From Fimbriosthenelais zetlandica (taxonomy: Eukaryota), in contig OZ365113.1 of NCBI GenBank assembly GCA_977030845.1, positions 6,324,001 through 6,388,000 on the forward strand: a stretch of DNA of 64,000 nucleotides, written 5' to 3'. Positions within the stretch are counted from its first letter, which is position 1, and each line of letters opens with the position of its first letter. Below the pieces are notes generated by a model. That model saw only the letters and a program-made list of their open reading frames with translations, did no database searches and was not told where the DNA came from. Both the position numbers and the translations under genes were made by a program. Shown piece by piece: positions 1-11,216 of this stretch.

Positions 1-171
1 GATCATTAATAGCTCCTGATATAAAATTAGGTTAGATCTAGGATATTTTTTATTGGAAATTATTCTAACATATAGGCCTAAATTATAGGTATATCTGCTG
101 CTTTAGGCCTACACACTTTCTCAAAACATTGATCCTAAATATTATGCTTTGATTTCAGAAGTTCGCTCAGC

Positions 172-1440
172 TTGTCTACCATAGTGCGTCATTACAAGTG
201 TAAAACCAATCGAGCAACCATCAATGGCGATTCTATCAAGAACGCTGTTGATGCAGTCCTCAACAATGGAAAAAGTGTGCGGTCAGCTGCTAATCAATGG
301 GGTCTTTCTCATGTTACATTATCATGTTATGTGCTTCAGAAGACAAATGGGTAGCTTGATAATCCTACGTTTGGCTACTCTCATCACTGGCGAGTTTTTT
401 TCCGAGGAGCAAGAGATGGAACTTGTGAGGTACATAAAAAATGCAGCATCTATTTTTTGCGGACTCAGTCCAAAAGATATCAGGTGTATAGCCCACCTCT
501 GTGCCAAAAAGTACAACCTACAGTTGCCACTTTCGTGGGAAAAGAGGGGACAGGCAGGAGCAGATTGGTTTGCAAGTCTCGTTGCTAGACACAACCTGTC
601 AATAAGGATTCCTGAAGCGACGAGTCTGGCAAGGACATCAAGCTTCAACAAAGCAAATGTTTCCAATTTGTTCTTCAAACTGGCAGATTTAATGGATCGA
701 TACAAATTCAAACCTAAAGACATTTGGAATGTGGATGAACACGGTGTATACAGACTGTAACAAAACCCCTGAGCATTGTGGCAGCAAAGGGGACCAAGCA
801 AGTTGGACTCATCACCTTAGCTGAAAGAGGACAGCTCGTTACTCTGTGTGCAGCTGTCTGTGCTTCTGGAAATTCTGTTCCACCAATGTTCATTTTTCCC
901 AGAGTGCACTTTAAAGAACACTTCATCAGAGATGGCCCAGTTGGGTGCATCGGCACTGCCTATCAATACGGCTGGATGACTTCTGAAAGTTTTCATCTAT
1001 TCATCCAGCATTTTATTGACAATGTCAAGAAGTCAACCAAGGAAAATCCTGTTCTCCTTCTCTTAGATAACCATCAATCCCACCTCGACATCGATGTCTT
1101 GAATATGGTGAAGGAGAATGGCATTCATATGCTATCATTCCCACCACACTGTTCACATAAACTGCAACCGCTCGACATCTCAGTATTCGGCCCATTGAAG
1201 AAACTAGTTTCTTCAGCTCAAACCAGCTGGCTCAGGTCGAACCCTGGTTCCACCTTGAGTATCTACCACACCCATGCGATATTAAAGGAGACCTGGCCAA
1301 AAGCTGCAACCCCAACAAACATCATGGCTGGCTTTCGGAAGATGGGCATAAGTCCATACAATATGGACGTGTTCACTGAAGAGGACTATGCCCCATCATT
1401 TGTGACAGATCGTCCAAATCCTTGGCCTGGCGCCAACATC
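172..1440 (+). pseudogene. pogo/Tigger-type DDE transposase (HTH_psq + CENP-B HTH + DDE_1), frameshifted and 3'-truncated
   Basis: Three consecutive frames (172-354, ~360-755, ~757-1440) give psq-like HTH (AVDAVLNNGKSVRSAANQWGL), CENP-B HTH (FSEEQEMELVRYI...AGADWF) and catalytic motifs IWNVDE, LLLLDNH and QPLD. Two frameshifts; no TIR seen. Confidence 0.85.
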
Positions 1441-1854
1441 AAGAGATTGACACACATAGCCATACAAGTGGCACGTTTTTCCCCTGGCTCGCAATTTATC
1501 ATTGCTGGAGGTATTAACGATATATCCATCAGGATATAGACAAACTACCACACAACCTCACACTATAGAGAAAGCCAAGAAGGTCAAGGTGGACGGGGGA
1601 GGATTAGCATTTGAATCCCACCACATGTATCTTTCTAACCCATGTAGGCTACATGTAAGATACAAGTTGGTAACATGACAAGTTTACCATAGTTTAAAAC
1701 AGCTCTACCAGTTCAAATGCGCCAAACTATATGGGCAACCTGATAAGGCAGCCGCTATATTGAGGGCCAAAGCCGCTTATGAGGCAAAGAAAATATCATA
1801 TGAAATAAAGAAAACTGAGGAATGGAATCAGACAAAATTCGAAGCAGTGGGATG

Positions 1855-2270
1855 GGCCCCCATTGAGCTGGAACTGTTGGCAGTAGCATTAAGCACAGAC
1901 AAATTCTGTGAGTACATCTTGGGGAAAAACTGTGATAGTACAAACCGACCACCAACCACTGAGAATCATTTGCAAAAACCCCTTCAAGCAGCTCCACTGT
2001 GCCTGCAAACAATGATACTCAAGCTCAAAGGTTATGACTTGCAAGTCCAATACCTGCCTGGAAAGAAGCAACTTATTTATAATAGCAGATACCCTCAACA
2101 GAGCCTGTGATTAGGAGCCAACTACAGAGGAAGAGGGATTCACATGTCTCACCCTTCCAGACAAGAATCCCACACGAGATGAATGAACTGTATATTTATA
2201 ATGATTCAAACTGGATGGCAGAACACTAGAAATGAGGTACCACAGAACATAAGACTATTCAGAAGGCTAT
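1855..2270 (+). mobile_element. Ty3/Gypsy Pol fragment (RNase H end and start of integrase region), degenerate
   Basis: IELELLAVALSTDKFCEYILG...KPLQAAPLCLQTMILKLKGYDLQVQYLPGK matches the Gypsy RNase H pattern; frameshifts and stops present. Confidence 0.75.
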
Positions 2271-2329
2271 CATGAAAGGCACTGTAACATGATGTGCAGT
2301 AGGTACAATGGAAAGAACAGCTGCTTTTT

Positions 2330-2575
2330 TTGGTAGACACCCTAAGTGTCAGACAGCACTAGACCATGCCATAGACTCAAGTGAAGTGGATTCAAGAAAA
2401 ACCAAACTGAAGAATGTGTGTAGGACATGGTAGGTACAACACATTGAGGCGTTAGAGACATTTACTGAGCTGTATAAACCTCTTGTTGGGTGTCTGGAGA
2501 GTATCTGTGATGAAGGTCCTCAACACTGGTCTACAGACAGTCTGACTGACGCCAGAGGTCTTCTTCTCAATATCC
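2330..2575 (+). mobile_element. hAT transposase fragment (THAP12/P52rIPK-like)
   Basis: KTKLKNVCRTW..HIEALETFTELYKPLVGCLESI resembles the hAT 'LK.LC.TRW' motif region. Confidence 0.65.
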
Positions 2576-2849
2576 GGGAAGCTGGGCCCTTGATATTTCC
2601 CAAAAAAATTAGGCCTATTTATTAAAAAAAAGAACTCCAGGCCTCCCTCCAGAATTAATGGTCGCCCCCCTCCCGCTCGGCGGGGGGGGGGGGGGGGCGA
2701 TTTGTTCAAAAACAAATTTATAAGACATGTATCACACCAGATAGACCTATAGATCTTAAAGGACTGAGTCAGTCGCTAAACGACAAATAAACAAGTTGGC
2801 TCAACTGACTTTAGGGACCAAGTCTTACTTGTGAGGCCCCTGTGTTACT

Positions 2850-2933
2850 AAGGTCAGGTTTAGGTCTTTAGGAATTAGGTTAGGGTTAGGTTTATATTTT
2901 AGGGGCTAGGTTAGGGTGAGGTTTAGGGTTAGG
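2850..2933 (+). repeat. Degenerate TTAGG/TTAGGG telomere-like tract
   Basis: ttaggttagggttagg...ttagggtgaggtttagggttagg; a similar short tract lies at 24958-25012. Confidence 0.5.
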
Positions 2934-2999
2934 AAAAACTTGACTGTAACTGCCCACTACTGCAGCCATGTCCACTCACTACTTTGTCATCATATGACC

Positions 3000-3180
3000 G
3001 AGGGGAAATCCAACAATATGGAACTGTTAAGGGGAAATCCAACAATATGGAACTGTTAAAATACCATGCTCCTTGGACGACAAAAGATTCCAGGACATTA
3101 CCTTCTATGTATGTGATTCCACAGGACCCATAATCCTAAGTCTACAGGACAGTTGTAAACTTAACTTGCTTAAAATCAAT
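3000..3180 (+). mobile_element. Gypsy aspartic protease C-terminal fragment with a 29-bp tandem duplication (3001-3058)
   Basis: GEIQQYGTVKIPCSLDDK..ITFYVCDSTGPIILSLQDSCKLNLLKI; aggggaaatccaacaatatggaactgtta occurs twice in tandem. Confidence 0.55.
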
Positions 3181-3221
3181 GAAAAATATGTGGGACAGAT
3201 TTGTGGGACAGAGAAAATTCC

Positions 3222-3491
3222 CTAATGGCCAATGTCCACGAGGCGACAAAATCCACTATAACTGGGTCAAAGGTGTGACATCGTCGCTCACTCTGGTCAC
3301 TTTCTTTGAACTCCACTGGGCAAGAAAAGCCACCTAAGTAGACCCTTTTTAGGTCATTTTTGTCGCCTGGTCGAACCTGGAGAGCATAGGCTCCACATAT
3401 TCATATTGATTGTACTTATGAATTAGGCGGCAAATTTAGGTCAGGTCAATTTGAGGCCGATTTTGTCGCCTCGTGGACAACAAGGGCCATT
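3222..3491. mobile_element. MITE with ~30-bp TIRs, PIF/Harbinger-like
   Basis: taatggcc..tgtccacgaggcgacaaaatc at the left end and its reverse complement at the right end; TAA/TTA flanks. Confidence 0.7.
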
Positions 3492-3545
3492 ACAAAGCGA
3501 CACTTAACTGAAAGACACCTCGCGTAGCTCACCCTAGGAAGTGTC

Positions 3546-3645
3546 CATGCAGTGTTCAAAAAGAAAAATCGCCTTGACAAAGCAAATTACAGGCCAATCA
3601 GCATCCTACCAACTCTGTCAAAAATCTTTGAGGGAATGCTGGCTG
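3546..3645 (+). mobile_element. Non-LTR (CR1/L2-like) reverse transcriptase fragment, part 1
   Basis: ANYRPISILPTLSKIFEGML is the classic LINE RT N-terminal motif. Confidence 0.8.
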
Positions 3646-3648
3646 CTG

Positions 3649-4070
3649 ACTTCTCAGGGATATATGTAGAGGGGTAGGACCTGAGCAGAGCAGCCTCAGA
3701 GCAACCACAAGAGGTCAAGTGGTCAGTAGGAGTGGAAGATGTATGATCAAAAGCACAGGAGGGAGATAGCCATGGTACGATCCAGGTATAAGCAAAGAAA
3801 TGGTGTCAGAAGAAACAAGATAGGCCTACATTTTATTAACAAGGTACATTTTAGGTACATTTTATTAAACTAAATGTAAAGGGTTACTTTACATAAAATG
3901 GTGTCAAAAGTTGGATATCAATCAAAGATATCAGGAGTAAAATATCACCTGGATTATTAAATTTCCAATCGTAAACTTTTAAACACAGATCTATTATCTG
4001 CAGGCACAGAAAGCAACATGAAAGGACATAATTATGTATTTACTATGCAGGACTATTCTCGCACATTAAG
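3649..4070 (+). repeat. Dispersed direct repeat, copy 1 (copy 2 at 7228-7810)
   Basis: acttctcaggg..gtagaggggtaggacctgagcag... and aatggtgtca...atttccaatcg blocks recur with small indels and substitutions. Confidence 0.85.
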
Positions 4071-4639
4071 ACTATATCCCCACACATTTCCATAGATTTT
4101 ATCATGGAAAATACACAGTGGAACATTATATAAAGGTGCTGATGCTCAAATTAAGGAATTAAGGACTAAAAGAGATTACAAAATGGCTCAGGAACAGGGC
4201 CAAGCGCCACCATGTGTATATTTAACTATCTATCTTAGCGCCTGCTCTGCGATGCATTCTCTTTCGCCTATCTTTACACTTCTGGTTTCCTTCCTCCTTG
4301 TTTTATCGCTCGGTTTGTTATGATGGCCGTGTACACACCGTGGATTAAATTGTGTTAGAACATGTGATTGTGTGTCTTCACTGGCGTGGTGGCAGCTTCT
4401 TCTTCCCCACTTCCTCCTCGACACTTTCACGCATAAGGTGAGCGATCAGTGTAGTCAATAGACTATATATAGTGTTTCATCACAGCCATAGACTGTCAGA
4501 TACATGTGCTCTACTCACTGGGATTACCATAGCAACGCAAGTCAATCAATCAGACACTCATCTGCCTGTCACCTCGACCCCGATGCTGTCTTCCCAAAGG
4601 ATGTACAGGATGAGTTCGAGGAACTCCTCCCTGAATAAG

Positions 4640-5200
4640 TACCAGATGGCATTAACAAGGAGGCCATGACAACATGGATCGAGGGAATAGATCTATAATA
4701 CAAGGGAGTGGACAAATGCTGGAGACGAGCAAGTGTTAGACATAGCACGATATATCACAGCTGGAGGCCTGGCCAACATACTCAGAGAATTCATGGTAGC
4801 AACTCCCATAGCAAATAGGACATGGGCAAATGCCAAGGAAGTGATCATCAGAGCTTTCCTAAACGAGAACGAAAAAGAATTCCTGAGGGGTAAGGTGGAT
4901 CGAATAGTTCAAACACTGAACGATGACAGCAGAGAGTACTGCCGGGGGCCGTGCAAAAGGCTTATGAGGTGGGTGAGCTGCAGAACATTTACAGATGGCT
5001 TGACAGATAGGGAGGTAAGGGCTCGTCTTCATGAACCGGCCCAACACCCTAGACACGGCTACCTATGAGGGGGATAGCAACTATGAACTTGTATGGAAAG
5101 GAAGTACAAGTGTGTCTGATGGATTTCCTGATGGGAAGTGACATTCTTATTGATGTGTTCCACACACAGATTGATTTGGAAAGAAAAAGGGTAGAACTGG
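4640..5200 (+). mobile_element. Gypsy-like gag plus protease fragments
   Basis: LREFMVATPIANRTWANAKEVIIRAFL...EYC...TFTDGLTDREVRARL (gag-like), then LYGKEVQVCLMDFLMGSDILIDVFHTQIDLE (protease C-terminal pattern). Confidence 0.55.
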
Positions 5201-5204
5201 TAAG

Positions 5205-5385
5205 CTACCCGAACAAAATACATATGGGCAAGGCCAAACATGTATTAAGGTATCTGAAGGGCACATTAAATCACGGCCTTACATTTGAAAGGTCAAAAGA
5301 TCCTTTAAGGTTAAATGGGTATTGTGATGCAGACTGGGGATCTGAAGATGATAGAAAAAGCATAACTGGATATGCTTTCCAATGA
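5205..5385 (+). mobile_element. Ty1/Copia RT-RNase H junction fragment
   Basis: HMGKAKHVLRYLKGT..GLTF...GYCDADWG...DRKSITGYAF is diagnostic for Copia. Confidence 0.9.
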
Positions 5386-6104
5386 AGTGATCTGTGGGTA
5401 TTGTTTGTTGTCGAAGAGTACTGGTATAGTGTTTGGTGGGTGACTGATATGATGTTTATTTTGCAGAGAGATACAAACGGGTAAATTGTTTCACATGAAG
5501 TTGTCGACGACACAAGAAAGCCTGACATATCTTAGGGCGTCCAAAGTGACCTGGATAGGCTCGTGTGTGGTCATTTACCAGCCAATGTATCAGGACGAGC
5601 AAATGTTCGGCCAGGATGTGCTGTACACCCGTGGGCCTTTTGTGCCTGGGAAGGTTGATATAGAATCACCGTTAACACCCTTTGTTGAGTCTGACAGGCA
5701 GGAAGGGAAGTTTTATAGTATTTATGGTGTAGTCAATGACCTTGCCCTGCACCATTTGGATGTGGAATACAAGTGTTCGGCCACTGGGTGTGATGGGAAC
5801 CATGGCGCTGAGAAGCCTTGCTTTACTATGGAAAGCAGTTGTACCGCAAAAGCAGTTCTGTACATATTGGTCTCTGCCCCCTCCCTAAACCTAACATTAT
5901 ATCTTGGGGTAAGTGTACTAAGTGTAAGTATTAATAGAATTGTATAAATATATCTGTGCTTTTGAATACATGACACAAATTACAAAAGGAAATAACCACA
6001 AGGATAAATTTCTATTCCTTTGTTTTTCGGAGTGCTTACTATTCATTCTTGCAATATCTGTATATATCAGTGTATGTGACTATATATTTTCAGGATGTAG
6101 CAGA

Positions 6105-6360
6105 TGAGGACATAGCCAAACACCTTTCGACGAAAGAGTGTGACGCTCCACGCATTGTGGCTTCACCACAGCAGGTGAACTCACTGGGTTGTATATCGTG
6201 GGCGACACCATGATCATTGAGGTGGATAAGAAGGGTGGCATCATGGCAGCTATTGTGACGCTGATCGGATGTTACTACATCCTTGATTTAGACTAGTCAA
6301 CAACCTATGCCATGACGCTAGGCTTACTTCAGACTTTCATAATGGAACAGGCTTTCAAAA
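6105..6360 (+). mobile_element. SAMD3-like C-terminal fragment of the kind associated with CACTA/EnSpm-type elements
   Basis: IMAAIVTLIGCYYILDLD...YAMTLGLLQTFI resembles the 'LF..YY.F.L.YP...TL.F.Q' pattern. Confidence 0.4.
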
Positions 6361-6379
6361 AACAGACATCGAAAGGATT

Positions 6380-6530
6380 GGAATGCTGGCTGATCAACTT
6401 TCTGATTTCTTTAAAAACATTTTCTCTCCCATGCTCTAAGCCTTCAGGAATGGTATGGGATGTCAAACGATCCTAATCAAGCTGCTGGAGGATTGGAAAG
6501 CTGCCTTAGATAGTCGACAGTATGTGGGTG
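6380..6530 (+). mobile_element. Non-LTR RT fragment, part 2 (direct continuation of 3546-3645)
   Basis: GMLADQLSDFFKNIFS..AFRNG.GCQTILIKLLEDWKAALDSRQYVG resumes exactly at the GML where part 1 stops. Confidence 0.75.
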
Positions 6531-6659
6531 GACATGTCCAAAATTACAGACAAGACAGGTCCTTCACACCCGCATCACAAATATTGCATCAAAAATGGAC
6601 GGCAAGAAAACCCTGCACATCGCAATAATTGAAGCATCTTATCCCAACTGCTTGAAAAA

Positions 6660-7130
6660 GTGCCAGAATGGTGCCACACAAAGTGGAGGACTGCCCTAGA
6701 TTACCGTGACAGATACCATGCATACACTGGCTTCTCCCAGTTTGTCTGGTTCGTAAGCCACGAGTCAAGAATCCTAAATGACCCTGCATTTCCATCTGCA
6801 GGCAGAGACATAAAGCCAGAAAATCAGACAAGACATCATAAAAGAGGTAATGCATCACAGCGCTTCAGAGGCAGCCAGACTACCTTCAGCACCTGCAGTA
6901 ACCAAGAAGCATCTACTACACCCGACACCCCCCTTGTGTTATGTCCACAAGCCTTGACCATCCCATCTGGAAGTGTAGAGTTTTAAAAGAAACCAGTGAA
7001 GGAGCATATACACAAAAGAATGGTTAAGAGCAAGTTCCTGTGCATTAGGTGCCTTAGGGATCAACCACTCAAGCAAAAGGTGTAGATCCCAGGTCAGGTG
7101 TGTCACATTGTAAAGAAAGTGCATTCAGGA
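6660..7130 (+). mobile_element. BEL/Pao gag fragment
   Basis: PEWCHTKWR...YTGFSQFVWFVSHESRILNDPAF followed by degenerate Cys/His knuckles (HPIWKC; C..LG.NHSSKRC.SQVRC). Confidence 0.7.
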
Positions 7131-7227
7131 ACCCTGTATGTGTACACGTACTTAGGTGAACTCTAAATATCAACAATATCCAGAGATCGCCTGAGATCCA
7201 GGGATATCCAGGGATATCCAGGGGCTA

Positions 7228-7810
7228 ACTTCTCAGGGGTATATGTAGAGGGGTAGGACCTGAGCAGGGCGGCCTCAGAGCAACCACAAGAGGTCAAGTG
7301 GTCAGTAGGAGACTAGGAGTGGAAGATGTATGATCAAAAGCTCAGGAATGAGATAGCCATGGTACGATCAAGGTATAAGCAACAGTGAAACATGGAAGAA
7401 TTGCCAAGCAAGTTTTGTAACTACAAGTGACAACGAATTGTCAAAAAGGAATCCTGGAATAAAAGATCACATCCATATATTACGATTTTAGATTTATTTA
7501 ACTATAATGGTGTCAGAAAAACAAAGAAAGAAAAGTACATTTTATTAAACTAAATGTAAAGGGTTACTTTACATAAAATGGTGTCAAAAATGGGATATCA
7601 ATCAAAGATATCAGGAGTAAAATATCACCTGGATTATTAAATTTCCAATCGCTTGGAAAACCCACGCAATGGACAGACAGTTAAAGTGTGACACTTGTAG
7701 TAAAACTTTTAAACACAGATCTAATATCTGCAGGCACAGAAAGCAACATGAAAGGGCATATGTATGTACTATGCATGACTATACTCGCACATAAAGTTTA
7801 TAATTATCCC
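7228..7810 (+). repeat. Dispersed direct repeat, copy 2
   Basis: Same blocks as 3649-4070 with extra inserted segments. Confidence 0.85.
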
Positions 7811-9690
7811 TTCCTCAAGGAGCCGATGCCATCCATGGGAGGGATAAAAACTTCAAGTTCCATCCGACACTTTAGCTGGGGAAGCCTTCTGGAAGCAGCT
7901 GCCACCAAGATGCCCACACTCCACGCTGCTGTCTGTGCAGGCGTAGGCACCAGAAACCTCAAGGCTGATGAACATGTAAAGAGGTAGGCCCTATTCAAAA
8001 ATACTGTATGGTCCTACTGCTGATACCACATATTATTACATATTACTTCTAATTGGGTAGAATTTAACCAAGGATAAAAAACACAGTACATTGCCAGTAC
8101 GTCTCAGTTGCTGATTATTTTCCTTATGTTTCAGAAAGAATCTGCAGCCATGTATTGGTCTGTTACTGGCGGTGGCCTTGTTTACACAAAAGCCCACATC
8201 ATTTAAAATGGTACAGTCCTTGTGCTCCTTGCAACTATGGAGATATGATTGTTAATTATGAACATAAGCAATACCGGTATATATTTCATGCACTATATAT
8301 GTGTCTTCATTCTGGCAGAATCAACACATATAAAACCTATTTCTCCCTTTTTCTGCTAGATGAAAATATTCGGTATGGTAGGGGCCAGCCGCCTACTATC
8401 TTATTGCCACTATGAGGAAAGATCAATCATTGTTCCATGTTACAGGTCTTCTCTTGCTTAAATAAGTTGGGAGTGTGCCTAAGCAAGACATCCACACAAG
8501 ACGTCCACACGGCGTCTTGTGGACTACCTGTGTACCCAAGTGGACGTGGACTTGAAAATGGCAAAGGATGCCGTCGAACAGGTAAAGTAATTAGTATTAA
8601 ACTTAAGTACCACTATACTTTTTTTTTGGTATTATTATTCCGAACACTTTACAACCAATACCGCCATACAGCGTTTTTCCAGGTGGTCCGTTAACATTTC
8701 TTGACATAAAAAACATTAAAAAGAAATATATATATATATATATATATATCACAAATGAATTAAATATTACTAAACCCCTCTCACCGGCCGGACATTCCTC
8801 ACCATTAGAACTCAATCGAAAGTGTAACAGGCAATTTTTCAATTGACTACCATTGACTTTTACAGGAAGCACTTCGAAAGTATGTCGTCAGGGCCAAAAC
8901 AGAGTCACGGGTCTGCCCTTAGACAGCGAGAGTGACGAGGATGACGACTTCCTCCCAACCATGGAGCAGCTGGAGTGATCCTTAAAAAGCGGCGGGAGTT
9001 TCTCAATGCTGGCAGATGTCTCTGACTTAGTAGGAGAAGGTGCGTTTATAAAACATAATTTGTGATTGTTTGTCACGAATTGCTTATACTGCACTCCTCT
9101 TGTAATGAATTCATTTTGTACATAACAATTCAGTTCATCAACTCTCATAGATTAAAAGGACTGTGTAACAAACATTTTTGATTATAATTTCAGTCCCTGC
9201 TGGATATGCGTTTGTCTGGGACAATATTCAGAAGTTATCTGTGACCAGAGATTGCGGTCTGGGGAAAGGCAACGAGATGCATATGTGAGCAAATGCCTTT
9301 GTGGTTATGAACCAGGTGCATCCCAGGGTGTCACAGAGATCGACAAATCAACTGAATGCCTCCGACATCCCCTTAACAGCATACTTCCCATCGATCCAGG
9401 ATGTGTGATATTGGCAGCCGAATGGAATGTCACGTGTCATATCTAGGATACTTGTACATCATCTGAAGTGTTTTCAGGGTTTTGCGGATGTTGTCGAATG
9501 GCATATACCTCACGAGTATTCGGATGAGATTACGAGAACCAGCTCCATCGTAAGTTTTTTAGATCTGTAGTACCATAGGCCTACATGTATGTTTGTATAG
9601 TATGTATATGTATATTATGTATATGTGTGGGTGTATACGTATGTGTGTAAATTTACATACATCAAATAAGCATCCATTTATTTCAGATAA
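7800..9690 (+). mobile_element. Intron-containing DUF6589-like (transposase-associated) gene remnant
   Basis: Exon-like pieces VFSCLNKLGVCLSKTST (~8445-8500), YAFVWDNIQKLSVTR (~9190-9250) and VISRILVHHLKCFQGFADVVEWHIPHEYSDEI (~9430-9550), separated by GT-AG bounded AT-rich segments. Confidence 0.5.
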
Positions 9691-9936
9691 TCCCCTTGGC
9701 CCTGCTGAGGGCATGACCGGTCAGATGAACAAGAGACCCCCGAGCAGAAAGACTGTACATAGGCCGCTGAGTTACTCGCCCTCACAACCTTACTGCCCGT
9801 CTCTATCATCTCACACATACTAAGTTACAGTAAGTAAATGGTATGACATACAGACTGGACATATACATACACATAGGACTGATATACATATACTCAATAT
9901 ACTGGACATATTCTACATATAGGCAAAAGTACAACA
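9689..9936 (+). repeat. 5' LTR (missing the first 64 bp)
   Basis: Identical by eye to 14539-14786; ends ...GTACAACA. Confidence 0.9.
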
Positions 9937-9937
9937 T

Positions 9938-9951
9938 TGGCGTCAGAAGTG
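9938..9951 (+). promoter_or_regulatory. Primer binding site, tRNA-Leu-like
   Basis: TGGCGTCAGAAGTG lies 1 nt after the LTR end and is close to the complement of a tRNA-Leu 3' end (...CACTTCTGACACCA). Confidence 0.75.
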
Positions 9952-10642
9952 CACGGCATCACCCACGCCGTCCTGAGGGATATACCTGCATCTGGATTGT
10001 GTGTGTTTTTTGTTTTGTTTTGTTTTTTGTCAGTTCTTGAGTCTACATATTTCCCCCGGACATTTCCACTATCACTATCATTATCGGGATCAAAGACATT
10101 GTGCCATAATTGCCCATACACCAGTCTACCAGTCATATCGCATCTTTATAATTAACCCATCATCCACGAGGTAAGATCTTGTCTTTGTCTCCACGGGACG
10201 CCATTGACCCCACGCGTGGAGTGGTATTCATATTACACGGCCAAATTAATCCATCGCCATCTCCATTCACTGATGAAAATATAGACTCAAGGAGCCATAG
10301 CTGAACATTTTTCCGGCTGAGATTCATTGTGAACCCTTTATGTTTTGTGTATTTTGGATTTGGAGGTTTTTCAAAAACACGTGCCTATAATATACATATA
10401 TTACAGTGCCTCCAGGGTGTCGGCCATTAGGCTGATATCATCACCACATGCTGGCCTAATTCCACCCCAATCCAGTTCAATTTAAGGTTACTTTCGGGTG
10501 TTTTCTAAGAGTAATTCTGTCCAGCTTTTGGCCTTATTTATTTCATGGGGGGAGGGAGTTATTCTCGGGTATTTCCTGAGACTAATTCTTGCGATTGCAT
10601 TTACTCCAAATCTGTTGGGGTACACAATAACTCTTGAGAATT

Positions 10643-11216
10643 ATTTGAGAGTTATCCTCGGATATTTTCTGAGGTTAATCCCAGGAGTTGAATAGGCCAT
10701 TCTAAATCGTATGCAATAGCTCTTGAGAATTATTTTCGGATACTTTTCTGAAAGTGGTTACTAGGCTTATGCATTTATGTGTTATCTGACAATACTTTTA
10801 TTCCTCTAGAACCAGGCAGGACAAGCTGGCAGAATTCTTGCCGGCGGAAAACCTTGTGCCTGAGAAAATGTAAATTTAGTAGTGTAGGGGCCTAGGCCTA
10901 TAGACCATGAGATAGGAATAGGCACTACATTAAATCTGGAACCAGACAGGAAAAGCTGGCAGACTTCTTGCCGGCGGTAAAACCCCTGCCTAATCTGGAA
11001 CCAGACAGGAAAAGCTGGCAGATTTCTTGCCGGCGGTAAACCCCCTGCCTAAGAAAAACATTTGAGAGTTATCCTCGGATATTTTCTGAGGTTAATCCCA
11101 GGAGTTGAATAGGCCATTCTAAATCGTATGCAATAGCTCTTGAGAATTATTTTCGGATACTTTTCTGAAAGTGGTTACTAGGCTTATGCATTTATGTGTT
11201 ATCTGACAATACTTTT
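10643..11216 (+). repeat. A-B-A duplication in the element 5' UTR: A = 157 bp (10643-10799, 11060-11216), B = 248 bp (10805-11052)
   Basis: The A copies are identical by eye; B is identical to 14051-14298. Confidence 0.9.

Noticed and set aside
2850-2933. TTAGGG-like tract considered as a true telomere or chromosome fusion scar
   Set aside because: Short and highly degenerate; such tracts are common inside invertebrate non-autonomous repeats.
5486-5947. 153-aa ORF inside the TE patchwork
   Set aside because: It looks coding but I cannot assign it to a family; left unannotated rather than guessed.
9689-9936. Retrozyme (hammerhead-containing LTR) hypothesis for the non-autonomous element
   Set aside because: No CUGANGA...GAAA core with matching stems was found in the LTR or block B, and the element has a long ORF.
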